NCBI GenBank assembly: GCA_051306055.1
Contig: JBPPMN010000102.1
Location: 1 to 47,333, forward strand
Reading direction: 5' to 3'
Length of the DNA stretch: 47,333 nucleotides
From: Acidimicrobiales bacterium
GTDB taxonomy: Bacteria; Actinomycetota; Acidimicrobiia; Acidimicrobiales; VFJN01
A model generated the notes under the pieces. It was not told the origin of the DNA. It saw only the letters and a program-made list of their open reading frames with translations, and did no database searches. Numbering within the stretch: the stretch's first letter is position 1; every line of letters begins with the position of its first letter. The translations under genes and the position numbers were made by a program. Of the stretch, positions 32,801 to 40,902 are shown piece by piece.

Positions 32801-32819
32801 ACCTGACGCACCGTCAGGT
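32801..32819. promoter_or_regulatory. Palindromic operator ACCTGACG-N3-CGTCAGGT
   Basis: Perfect 8-3-8 inverted repeat between divergent genes; same core as 23223-23237. Confidence 0.6.
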
Positions 32820-32830
32820 CAGGGGGCGCC

Positions 32831-33658
32831 GTGCGACCGCATCCGTGGAACACCGAGTTCGAGTGGCAGGACCACACCGGGCCCCTCCGACGGCTGTCGA
32901 CGGCCGAGGCCGCCCAGTTCGACGAGCAGGGCTACGTGGTGGTGCCCGACCTGCTCGACGCCGCCACGGTGGAGGCGGTCACGGCCGACCTCGATCGGTT
33001 CGAGGCCGAGGTCGATGCCTTCCTCCAGACCCGTGAGGACGGTCGCTTCTCGATCGCCGAGACGGGCGCCCTCACCGTGGCGTTGCACGCCGTGATCCGA
33101 TCCGACGCGGCGCAGGCCCTGAGCCGGCACCCGGCCATCGTCGACCTCTGCGCCGACCTGGTGGGGCCCGACGTGCGGCTCTACTGGGACCAGGCCGTCT
33201 ACAAGAAGACCGAGAAGCCGAGGCGGGTGCCCTGGCACCAGGACAACGGCTACACCTATGTGGAGCCCCAGGCCTACCTCACCGTGTGGGTGGCCCTCAC
33301 CGACGCCACGCTCGACAACGGCTGCCCGTGGATCGCGCCGGGCCGCCACCGACAGGGCACGCTGGCCCACCACTACGTCGATCCGCTGGGCTGGGAGTGC
33401 CTCACCGAGGGTGAGGCCGACGACGCCGTCGCCGCGCCGGTGCCGGCCGGCGGTGCCGTGGTGTTCTCGTCGCTCACCCCGCACCTCACCGGTCCGAACG
33501 TGACCGACGCGGTGCGCAAGGCCTACATCCTCCAGTACTGCCCCAGCGACGCGGCGGTGCTGCAGGGCGAGCCGGAGTCCGGACGGGTCACCGCGCGGGT
33601 GCCGTGCACGGCGCCCGAGCGGCAGTACGAGGTGCTGCGAGCCGGCGACCCGGTCTAG
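32831..33658 (+). CDS. Phytanoyl-CoA dioxygenase (PhyH) family Fe(II)/2OG dioxygenase
   Basis: FDEQGYVVV, PWHQDNGY (HxD), WVALTDATLDNGC, PHLTGPN...R. Confidence 0.9.
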   Translation: MRPHPWNTEFEWQDHTGPLRRLSTAEAAQFDEQGYVVVPDLLDAATVEAVTADLDRFEAEVDAFLQTREDGRFSIAETGALTVALHAVIRSDAAQALSRHPAIVDLCADLVGPDVRLYWDQAVYKKTEKPRRVPWHQDNGYTYVEPQAYLTVWVALTDATLDNGCPWIAPGRHRQGTLAHHYVDPLGWECLTEGEADDAVAAPVPAGGAVVFSSLTPHLTGPNVTDAVRKAYILQYCPSDAAVLQGEPESGRVTARVPCTAPERQYEVLRAGDPV

Positions 33659-34308
33659 GGGCGGGTCACCACCGGCGCCGGCAGACCGGTGCCGGTCTGC
33701 GCCGGGTCCTGCTCGGGGTCGCCGGCCACGACGCGCAGCGGCACCACGCCCGCCCACGCCGGCCAGTCCATGTCGGCCTCGTCGTCGGACACGCCGTGGG
33801 CCCGCACCTTGGCCGAGCCCTCCTCGATGGGGATGCGCAGCACCATGGTGGCCCGCACCTCGGAGTCGTTGGCGGGCCGGGCCACCTCGCTGCGCCCGGG
33901 CAGCGTGTGGTCGACGATCACGTCGAAGGCCCGCCGCTTCTCCTCCTCGTCGGTCACCTTGGTGGCCGTGCCCAGGAGCACGACCGACCGGTAGTTCATC
34001 GAGTGGTGGAAGGCCGAGCGGGCCAGCACCAGCCCGTCGAGAAGCGTGACCGTCACGCACACCTCGGCATCGACCGACCCGCGCAGCATGGCGTTGCCCA
34101 CCGCTCCGTGCAGGTAGAGGACCGCACCGTCGCGCCCGTGGATCATCGGCAGCACGCGGGGCTGGCCGTCGACCACGAACCCCACGTGGGCCACATAGGC
34201 CTCGTCGAGGATGGCCTCCACCGTGGTGCGGTCGTAGCGACCGCGGTCGGGCAGGCGCCGCACCTTCGTACGGTCGGTGGGGGTGAGCTCATCGGTCGGT
34301 GCCGTCAT
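33655..34308 (-). CDS. Pyridoxamine 5'-phosphate oxidase-like flavin-binding protein (NimA-like)
   Basis: RRLPDRGRYD, LYLHG, DGLVLARSAFHHSMNYRSVV, WAGVVP. Confidence 0.88.
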   Translation of the reverse strand: MTAPTDELTPTDRTKVRRLPDRGRYDRTTVEAILDEAYVAHVGFVVDGQPRVLPMIHGRDGAVLYLHGAVGNAMLRGSVDAEVCVTVTLLDGLVLARSAFHHSMNYRSVVLLGTATKVTDEEEKRRAFDVIVDHTLPGRSEVARPANDSEVRATMVLRIPIEEGSAKVRAHGVSDDEADMDWPAWAGVVPLRVVAGDPEQDPAQTGTGLPAPVVTRP

Positions 34309-34371
34309 GGCGGCCATCGTGGCAGGCGACGGTGCCGGCACTCGGAGGGATTTGGGCTAGGAACTCCGGCC

Positions 34372-34677
34372 ATGAGCATCCTCGTGACCGGCACCATCGA
34401 CTTCGACCCCGCCAAGCGCGACGAGGCCATCGCGGCCGTCACCGCCTGCATGGAGGCCACCCAGGCGGAGGAGGGATGCGAGCGCTACGTGTTCTCCGGC
34501 GACCTCGTCGACCAGGGCCGCCTCTACGTGTCGGAGCAGTGGGCATCGCAGGAGGCCATGGACGCCCACATGGCCACCCCGCACCTCGCTGCGCTCTTGG
34601 GGGCCATGGGCTCCTTCGGCGTCACGGCCGCCAGCCTCACCAAGTGGGACGGCGCCACGCCCTCCAAGCTGATGTAG
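34372..34677 (+). CDS. Putative quinol monooxygenase (ABM domain)
   Basis: TQAEEGCERY...EQWASQEAMDAHMATPH. Confidence 0.85.
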   Translation: MSILVTGTIDFDPAKRDEAIAAVTACMEATQAEEGCERYVFSGDLVDQGRLYVSEQWASQEAMDAHMATPHLAALLGAMGSFGVTAASLTKWDGATPSKLM

Positions 34678-34684
34678 GTCGACC

Positions 34685-34701
34685 CTTACCTGAGAGGTAA
34701 G
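34685..34701. promoter_or_regulatory. Inverted repeat CTTACCT-GAG-AGGTAAG, probable operator of the XRE regulator
   Basis: Perfect 7-3-7 palindrome ending 34 nt before the ATG; comparatively AT-rich. Confidence 0.6.
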
Positions 34702-34735
34702 CGCCCGGCACGCCGGGGATCGGTACGGTCGGTCC

Positions 34736-35542
34736 ATGAGCGTGCTCGCCCCTCCCGCGTCCGGTGTCGGCCACCTGCTGCGCGACTGGCGCCAGCGCCG
34801 GCGCCTCAGCCAGCTCGACCTCTCCAACGAGGCCGCCGTGTCGGCCCGGCACCTGAGCTTCGTGGAGACCGGCCGCTCGAAGCCGAGCCGGGAGCTGGTG
34901 CTGCACCTGGCCGAGCACCTGGAGGTACCGCTGCGCGAGCGGAACAGCCTGCTCCTGGCCGCCGGCTACGCCCCCGTCTACGTCGCGCGGCCCCTCGACG
35001 CGGAAGAGATGGACCCGGTGCGCCAAGCCCTCGACCAGATCCTCACCGCCCACCAGCCCTTCCCCGCCCTGATCGTCGACCGCCACTTCGACCTGGTGAC
35101 GGCCAACGACGCGGCCTTCACGCTCTTCACGGCCGGCGTGGCACCGCACCTCCTCGAGCCGCCGGTGAACGTGGTGCGCCTCGGCCTGCACCCCGACGGC
35201 CTCGGACCGCGCGTGCGGAACCTCCCGGAGCTGGCCGAGCACCTCCTCATCCGCCTGCAGCGCCAGCTGGCGGTGGCTCCCGACCCCGACCTGGCCGCCC
35301 TCCACGCCGAGGTGTCGGCCTACCCGGGCGTGGCCGGCCACCGGGCGTCGACGTCGGTCGACCCCGCCACGCTGCTGTTCGTGCCCATGGTCTTCGAGGG
35401 CCCCGACGGCACCGTGCTCTCGTTGTTCAGCACGCTGGCCACCTTCGGCACGGCCCTCGACATCACCCTCGCCGAGCTGTCGATCGAGGCCTTCTTCCCC
35501 GCCGACGAGGCCACCGCCGAGGCCCTGCGCACGGCTCAGTAG
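34736..35542 (+). CDS. XRE-family HTH regulator with MmyB-like ligand-binding domain
   Basis: LRDWRQRRRLSQLDL...SARHLSFVETGRS; HQPFPALIVD; FGTALDITLAELSIE. Confidence 0.9.
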   Translation: MSVLAPPASGVGHLLRDWRQRRRLSQLDLSNEAAVSARHLSFVETGRSKPSRELVLHLAEHLEVPLRERNSLLLAAGYAPVYVARPLDAEEMDPVRQALDQILTAHQPFPALIVDRHFDLVTANDAAFTLFTAGVAPHLLEPPVNVVRLGLHPDGLGPRVRNLPELAEHLLIRLQRQLAVAPDPDLAALHAEVSAYPGVAGHRASTSVDPATLLFVPMVFEGPDGTVLSLFSTLATFGTALDITLAELSIEAFFPADEATAEALRTAQ

Positions 35543-36699
35543 GAGCGCGGGAGCCCCAGCACGTGCTCGGCCACGTAGTTGAGGACCATCTCCTGCGGGA
35601 GGGGGGCGAGGCGCATGAGGCGGGCCTCCTTCCAGTACCGCTCCACGTCGTACTCGGTGGCGTAGCCGAAGCCGCCGTGGGTCTGCATGGCCCGGTCGGC
35701 GGCCGTGAACGCGGCCTCGCTGGCCAGGTACTTGGCCAGGTTGGCCTGCTCCCCGCAGGGCAGGCCCTGGTCGTAGCGCCAGCCCGCCTCTCGCACCACC
35801 AGGCCGGCGGCGTGGAGGTGGGCGTAGGCCTCGGCCAGGGGAAAGGCGATCCCCTGGTTCTGGCCGATGGGCCGGCCGTAGACGACCCGCTCGTTGGCGT
35901 AGGCCACCGCCCGCTCGATGGCCACCCGTCCGATGCCGAGGGCCTCGGCGGCGATCAGGATGCGCTCGGGGTTGAGGCCGTCGAGCAGGTACGTGAAGCC
36001 CCGGCCCTCCTCCCCCACCCGGTGGTCGACGGGCACCACCAGATCGTCGAAGGTGACCTCGCAGGAGACCACGGCGTTGCGGCCCAGCTTGGGGATGGGG
36101 GTGATGGTGACGGCGGGGTCCTGCAGGTCGGCCAGCAGCAGGGTGAGGCCGTGGGTCTTGCGCTCCACCTCGTCGATCGGCGTGGTGCGCACGAGCAGCA
36201 GCACCTTCTGGCAGTAGGGCGCCTTGGTCATCCACACCTTGCGGCCCCGCACGAGGTAGCGGTCGCCGTCGAGCGTGGCCCGGGTGGTGATCTTGGTGGT
36301 GTCGGTGCCGGCATCGGGCTCGGTCACCCCGAAGGCCACGTGGAGGCGGCCGGCCACCACCTCGGGCAGGTAGGTGGAGCGCAGGTGGTCGCTGCCGTGC
36401 TTCACCACCGGCTGCATGCCGAACATCGAGGTGTGCAGCGCGCTGCAGCCGTTCATGGCCGCGCCGGAGGCGGCCACCTCCTCCAGCACGATCGACGCCT
36501 CGGTGATCCCCAGGCCGCCGCCGCCCAGCTCCTCGGGCATGGCCACGCCGATCCAGCCGCCCTCGGCCATGGCCTCGTAGAAGGCCCAGGGGAACTCGTG
36601 GCGGGCGTCGAGGTCGCGCCAGTAGGCGTCGTCGAAGGCTGCGCACACGCGCCGCACCCCGTCGCGTAGGTCGCCGTGGGTCTCGTCGTCCAAGAGCAT
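35536..36699 (-). CDS. Acyl-CoA dehydrogenase
   Basis: FGVTEPDAGTD, GRKVW, GLNPERIL, QTHGGFGYATEY. Confidence 0.93.
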   Translation of the reverse strand: MLLDDETHGDLRDGVRRVCAAFDDAYWRDLDARHEFPWAFYEAMAEGGWIGVAMPEELGGGGLGITEASIVLEEVAASGAAMNGCSALHTSMFGMQPVVKHGSDHLRSTYLPEVVAGRLHVAFGVTEPDAGTDTTKITTRATLDGDRYLVRGRKVWMTKAPYCQKVLLLVRTTPIDEVERKTHGLTLLLADLQDPAVTITPIPKLGRNAVVSCEVTFDDLVVPVDHRVGEEGRGFTYLLDGLNPERILIAAEALGIGRVAIERAVAYANERVVYGRPIGQNQGIAFPLAEAYAHLHAAGLVVREAGWRYDQGLPCGEQANLAKYLASEAAFTAADRAMQTHGGFGYATEYDVERYWKEARLMRLAPLPQEMVLNYVAEHVLGLPRSY

Positions 36700-36739
36700 G
36701 CGGGCCGCAGGGTAGACGGCAGCACGTAGGTTCTCGTCC

Positions 36740-37336
36740 GTGCCCCGCCTCCGCCAGGTCTCCCGTGCCGATGCTCCCGAAGGGATCGTCACCCGGATGT
36801 ACGACCTGCTCTTCGGCGACCGCGACCCGGTGGCGGAGCCGGGGACGGCCACGGGCACCCGTGGCGACTGGTGGACGGTGTTCGCGCTGGTACCCGACGT
36901 GCTGCGCCACGCCGTCGACGGGTTCGCGCTCTACCAGAGCGCCGATCGGGTGCTCGACGCGCGGCTGCGGGAGCTGGGGCAGATGCGGGCGGGCTGGGCC
37001 CGGGGCAGCCAGTTCGTCTTCTCCCAGCACTGCAAGCAGGCGCGGGTGCACGGCGTGGCGGAGGAGAAGATCGCCGCCGTGCCCGCGTGGGCAGCGGCCG
37101 ACGTGTGGTCGTCGGCCGAGCGGGCCGTGCTGGCCTACACCGATGCCCTCGTGCTCGACGGCGGCCGGGTGGCCGACGAGCTCATGGCCGCGCTGCGCTC
37201 CCACCTGAGCGACGAGGCCGTGCTGGAGCTCACCTACATCACGGCCATGTACGACATGCACGCCGTGATCGCCCGCGCCCTGCACCTGGAGCAGGACGAC
37301 CGACCGGAGCCCGTGGTGGAGTCGCCCGACCTGTGA
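36740..37336 (+). CDS. Carboxymuconolactone decarboxylase family protein
   Basis: LDARLRELG, FVFSQHCK, SAERAVLAYTD, LSDEAVLELT. Confidence 0.82.
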   Translation: MPRLRQVSRADAPEGIVTRMYDLLFGDRDPVAEPGTATGTRGDWWTVFALVPDVLRHAVDGFALYQSADRVLDARLRELGQMRAGWARGSQFVFSQHCKQARVHGVAEEKIAAVPAWAAADVWSSAERAVLAYTDALVLDGGRVADELMAALRSHLSDEAVLELTYITAMYDMHAVIARALHLEQDDRPEPVVESPDL

Positions 37337-37935
37337 GCGAGCCCGTGATCCGCTCCTACCGGGCCGACGACCTCGAGGCGCTGTACGACATCTGCCTGCG
37401 CACCGGCGCGGCGGGCGAGGACGCCACCGAGCTGATGGCCGATCCCCGCCTGCTGGGCGACCTGTACGCGGCGCCCTACGCCGTGCTCGAGCCGGAGCAC
37501 GCCTTCGTGCTCGACGAGGGGACGGGAGTCGCAGTGGGCTACGTGCTGGGCGCCCTCGACACGGTGGCGTTCGACGCCCGCTGCGAGACGGAGTGGTGGC
37601 CGGCGCTGCGCGAGCGGCATCCAGCCGGGGAGTCGACGGGGCGCCTCGACGACCTCTTCCTGGCCCGGTTGCACGAGCCCCGACCGGCCCCGGCCGACGT
37701 GCTGGCCCGCTTCCCGTCGCACCTCCACATCGACCTGCTGCCGCCGGTGCAGTCGGGCGGCTGGGGGCGGGCGCTGCTGGAGCGGCTGTTCTCGGCCCTG
37801 CGCGACGACGGGTCGCCCGGGGTGCACCTGGGCGTCACCTCGCTCAACCAGCGGGCCGTCGGCTTCTACCGGCACCTCGGGTTCGAGGAGCTGGAGCGGG
37901 AGGGGAACGGCTACCTCATGGGGATGGTGCTCTAG
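37333..37935 (+). CDS. GNAT family N-acetyltransferase
   Basis: GTGA overlap; HLHIDLLP-QSGGWGR (motif A), NQRAVGFYRHLGF. Confidence 0.88.
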   Translation: MSEPVIRSYRADDLEALYDICLRTGAAGEDATELMADPRLLGDLYAAPYAVLEPEHAFVLDEGTGVAVGYVLGALDTVAFDARCETEWWPALRERHPAGESTGRLDDLFLARLHEPRPAPADVLARFPSHLHIDLLPPVQSGGWGRALLERLFSALRDDGSPGVHLGVTSLNQRAVGFYRHLGFEELEREGNGYLMGMVL

Positions 37936-38477
37936 CGGGACGTCGCCTCGAGGAGCGGGCGGTACGAGGCGAACGGCGCCACCTGGAGGTCGAGCACCTT
38001 GGCCGCGTCGTCCCACCCCCGCAGCGCCACCGCGTCCTCCCAGCCCGGGTTGGCCTCGAAGGCGGTCACCTCGCCGGGGTCCATCGGGCCTCCCTGCCGC
38101 TCGAGGCTGGCCACCGACCCGGCGGAGAGCACCTGCAGGTAGCTCGGGTCGACGGCGCAGCGGTAGCGCTTGGCCCGCACGTGCAGCGCGATCGACGCCG
38201 TGACCGCCGGCGGGAAGAGCGAGGCCAGCCACGCCGAGCCCCGAGCCTCGTGGCGCAGGTCGGCGGAGCGGTCGCGGGCGCCGTCGGCGGCCAGCTCGAG
38301 CAGGTGGCCGACGTCGTGCAGGAGCGAGGCCACCACGAGCGCGTCGGAGGCGCCGGCCGCCACCGCGAGGGCGGCCGTCTGCTCGGCGTGGGCCAGCTGG
38401 CTGAGGGCCTCGTCGTAGCGGTCGGCGCCGTGGCGCTCGAACAGGGCCTCGACCTCGGCGATCGACTGGGCCGTCAA
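37932..38477 (-). CDS. phnZ: HD-domain diiron oxygenase, PhnZ-like
   Basis: Y-EALSQLAHAEQTA, LLHDVGH, RHE, LHVRAKRY, SLERQGGPM, WDDAAK; TTG start overlaps the upstream stop (TTGA). Confidence 0.75.
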   Translation of the reverse strand: MTAQSIAEVEALFERHGADRYDEALSQLAHAEQTAALAVAAGASDALVVASLLHDVGHLLELAADGARDRSADLRHEARGSAWLASLFPPAVTASIALHVRAKRYRCAVDPSYLQVLSAGSVASLERQGGPMDPGEVTAFEANPGWEDAVALRGWDDAAKVLDLQVAPFASYRPLLEATSR

Positions 38478-39214
38478 CGGACCACCCTCCCCTGGAAGTC
38501 GCCGATGAGCGACACGGCACCACCGTCGCCGTCGACCAGCTCGGCTCGCTTCTGGTCGTAGTAGGCGGCTCGCAGGTCGCCCTCGGCCAGCGCGTTGTAG
38601 GTGGGGTACAGCGCTCGGCGGGGCGTGAGCCCGAGGTTGGGGCCGCTGCGGTGCGGCGTGCGGGAGTGGAACCACAACGTGTCCCCCGCTCGCACCTCCA
38701 CCGGCGTCCATGTGAGCGCGGAGGCGACGTCGGCCCGGATGCAGCCGACCTCGTCGGTGGGCAGCAGCTCGTGGTGGTGCCCCGACACCACCTCGAGGCA
38801 GCCGTTGTCGACCAGGGCATCGTCGACGGCGACCATGCACGACACGTGGGTGTCGACGAAGCGGTAGGCGGGGGCGTCCTGGTGGGGCGCGTAGCCGGCC
38901 CCGCCGGGGAGCTTGTAGTTGATCTTCTCCTTGTAGAGCACGGCCGGCTGGCCGAGCAGCGCCGAGGCCACCTCGAGCATCGGCCCGGTGGTGAGCAGCG
39001 CCCGCAGGCCGTCGTGGAAGGGGACGAAGTTCTCGCTGCGGCACAGCTGCGGGCCGTGCTCGGTGAGCTCGCGGTGGTGGAGCCACGGGCCGTCGGCATC
39101 CGGCCAGGCCGCCACCTCGGCCACCCACTTCCGCACGGTCGCAGGGTCGGTGGGGCTGCGGGTGAGCAGCCACCCCTCCCGGCGGAAGTGCTCGACGTCG
39201 CTCGATGCTGCCAT
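38474..39214 (-). CDS. phnY: PhyH-family Fe(II)/2OG dioxygenase, PhnY-like
   Basis: LYKEKINYKLPGG-GYAPHQD, NGCLEV, PHRSGPN-RRALYPTYN; coupled to the PhnZ-like gene. Confidence 0.7.
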   Translation of the reverse strand: MAASSDVEHFRREGWLLTRSPTDPATVRKWVAEVAAWPDADGPWLHHRELTEHGPQLCRSENFVPFHDGLRALLTTGPMLEVASALLGQPAVLYKEKINYKLPGGAGYAPHQDAPAYRFVDTHVSCMVAVDDALVDNGCLEVVSGHHHELLPTDEVGCIRADVASALTWTPVEVRAGDTLWFHSRTPHRSGPNLGLTPRRALYPTYNALAEGDLRAAYYDQKRAELVDGDGGAVSLIGDFQGRVVR

Positions 39215-39235
39215 CGGCTGCGACCCTATCCACGC

Positions 39236-39920
39236 TCAGGTCGGCGCTGCGGGAGGCGCCTGGTGACGGGGAGGTGAACGGACGGAGCTCGCTTGGATCC
39301 TCGTCGAGGTCGGGGTCGAGGGGCGTGGGTCGCGGCCCTGGGGCCGGCGCCGCTGGGTAGCTCGGGAGCTCCGGCGGTGGGTGGCGCCCGTCTGGCGGCG
39401 AGGCGACAGCATAGGTGCCCCGTTCGATGCGCTGGGCCCGTCCTTGCTCCACCTCGTAGGCCAGGGCGTCGCTCAAGGCCGTGACCGGACGACGGGAGTC
39501 GATCTGGTAGCCGTAGCGGTGCAGCAGGCCGTGGAGCTCGCGCAGCGTGGTGGCCCCGTGCCGGCGCAGGATCTCCAGGCACGCGCCGCGCAGCGCCCGC
39601 CCGCTGATGCGTTGGGCGCCGCTGGGGACGGCCGGGAGCGACGGTCCGTCGAGATGCGGTGGTCGCCGGCCCCGGGACCACTCGACCGGCGGGTAGAGGG
39701 CGTCTCGGAGCTCGGTCAGCGCATCGAGCACCGACCGGCGCTCGGCGCTCGACTCCAGCAGCCGGCGATCGATGCGCTCCAGGCTGCGCAAGAGCGCGTC
39801 TCGCTCCACCTGGAGCTCGATGCGGAGGGGCCGCGGGATCCCCGCCTCCCGGCGCATCCGGAACAGCGCCACGCGCCGGTGGCCGACGAAGGGCAGATCG
39901 TGGGGGTCGCTGACGGCCAT
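39236..39920 (-). CDS. Hypothetical coiled-coil plus winged-HTH protein; 3' end uncertain (no in-frame stop until 37932)
   Basis: Heptad-like segment then ILRRHGATTLRELHGLL...LSDALAYEVEQGRAQRIERGTY; Pro-rich tail; nearest TGA (39238-39236) is out of frame. Confidence 0.5.
39258..39279 (-). promoter_or_regulatory. PHO-box-like 11-nt direct repeats upstream of the phnY-like gene
   Basis: Minus strand GTTCACCTCCC/CGTCACCAGGC; TAGGGT -10 at 39228-39223. Confidence 0.4.
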
Positions 39921-40023
39921 GGCCGAGGAACCTCGTGGTCAGGTCGGGGTCTTCAGGCGGCGTGAGCCAGCGATGGGTCCATCCTCGCGCCGGGGTGTGA
40001 CAGGCCCTCCCTCTTGGCCCACC

Positions 40024-40059
40024 CGTAACGGTCGAATCGACGTCGAATCGACCGTTACG
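40024..40059. repeat. 36-bp near-perfect palindrome (REP-like)
   Basis: CGTAACGGTCGA-A-TCGACGTCGA-A-TCGACCGTTACG, self-complementary apart from one A/A pair. Confidence 0.8.
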
Positions 40060-40137
40060 CAGCGCCACACATGTGGGGCTGGGGGAAGGCCAGCCACGGT
40101 GGCGGCCAGCACGGACGACTCAGCGGGACAGCAGCGC

Positions 40138-40902
40138 TCAGGTGCGGAGCCGCTCCGGCGCGCCCCAGAGGGCATCGTTGAGCTCGGCCCACAGCGCTCG
40201 GTACGCCCGGGCGGCGGCGGTGGACGGCGCGAACTCGCCCACCGGAGCGCGCTCCACGCCCATGCGCTCCACCACCGCGGCGGCGGGCACGGTGGTGCGG
40301 CGCAGCGCCGGCCACTCCGCAGCCAGGGTCTCCACCATCTCGCGGTGCAGCTTGCGACGCCGGTCGACCATCGACAGCACCGGCCACACCTCGGGAGCGC
40401 GCTCCTGGTCGGCCAGGAAGTCGACCAGCTGGCTGAGGGTGCGGCTGGCCAGGGTGGCCGGCACGACCGGCACCAGCAGCGCATCGCAGGCCCCGAACAC
40501 GCTCTCGCTGGCCAGGGAGATGCTGGGCGGGCAGTCGAGCAGGGCCAGGTCGTAGTCGTCGGCCACCGGCTCCAGCAGCCGGGCCAGGCGGCGGGTGGGG
40601 CGCTTGGTGCCCTCGAGGTGCACGTCGAGGTGGCGCAGGGAGAAGTCGGCCGGCACGACGTGCACGGGCGACAGGTCGGACCCTCGGATGTGCGAGGCCA
40701 GCTCGCCCTTGGCGCCGATCAGCCGACGGCTGCCGCCGCGCACCTTCGGCCGCACCCGGAAGAGGTAGGTGGCGGCGCCCTGGGGGTCGAGGTCCCAGAC
40801 GAGCACCCGCACGCCGGAGCGGGCTGCCTCGTAGGCCAGGTTGACCGCGGTGCTGGTCTTCCCGACGCCGCCCTTGATGCTGTAGGTGGCGAGCACCTTC
40901 AT
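40138..40902 (-). CDS. ParA/MinD family ATPase (orphan, no ParB adjacent)
   Basis: Deviant Walker A KGGVGKT, WDLDPQG, LLDCPP; ATG overlaps the CHAD gene stop. Confidence 0.92.
   Translation of the reverse strand: MKVLATYSIKGGVGKTSTAVNLAYEAARSGVRVLVWDLDPQGAATYLFRVRPKVRGGSRRLIGAKGELASHIRGSDLSPVHVVPADFSLRHLDVHLEGTKRPTRRLARLLEPVADDYDLALLDCPPSISLASESVFGACDALLVPVVPATLASRTLSQLVDFLADQERAPEVWPVLSMVDRRRKLHREMVETLAAEWPALRRTTVPAAAVVERMGVERAPVGEFAPSTAAARAYRALWAELNDALWGAPERLRT

Noticed and set aside
37932-39920. 662-aa HTH-PhnZ fusion as a functional protein
   Set aside because: The middle is an off-frame translation of phnY, and phnZ has its own coupled TTG start
40138-40902. Chromosome or plasmid partition locus, or cobyrinic acid diamide synthase
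   Set aside because: No parB, parS or rep gene nearby, and no glutamine amidotransferase domain
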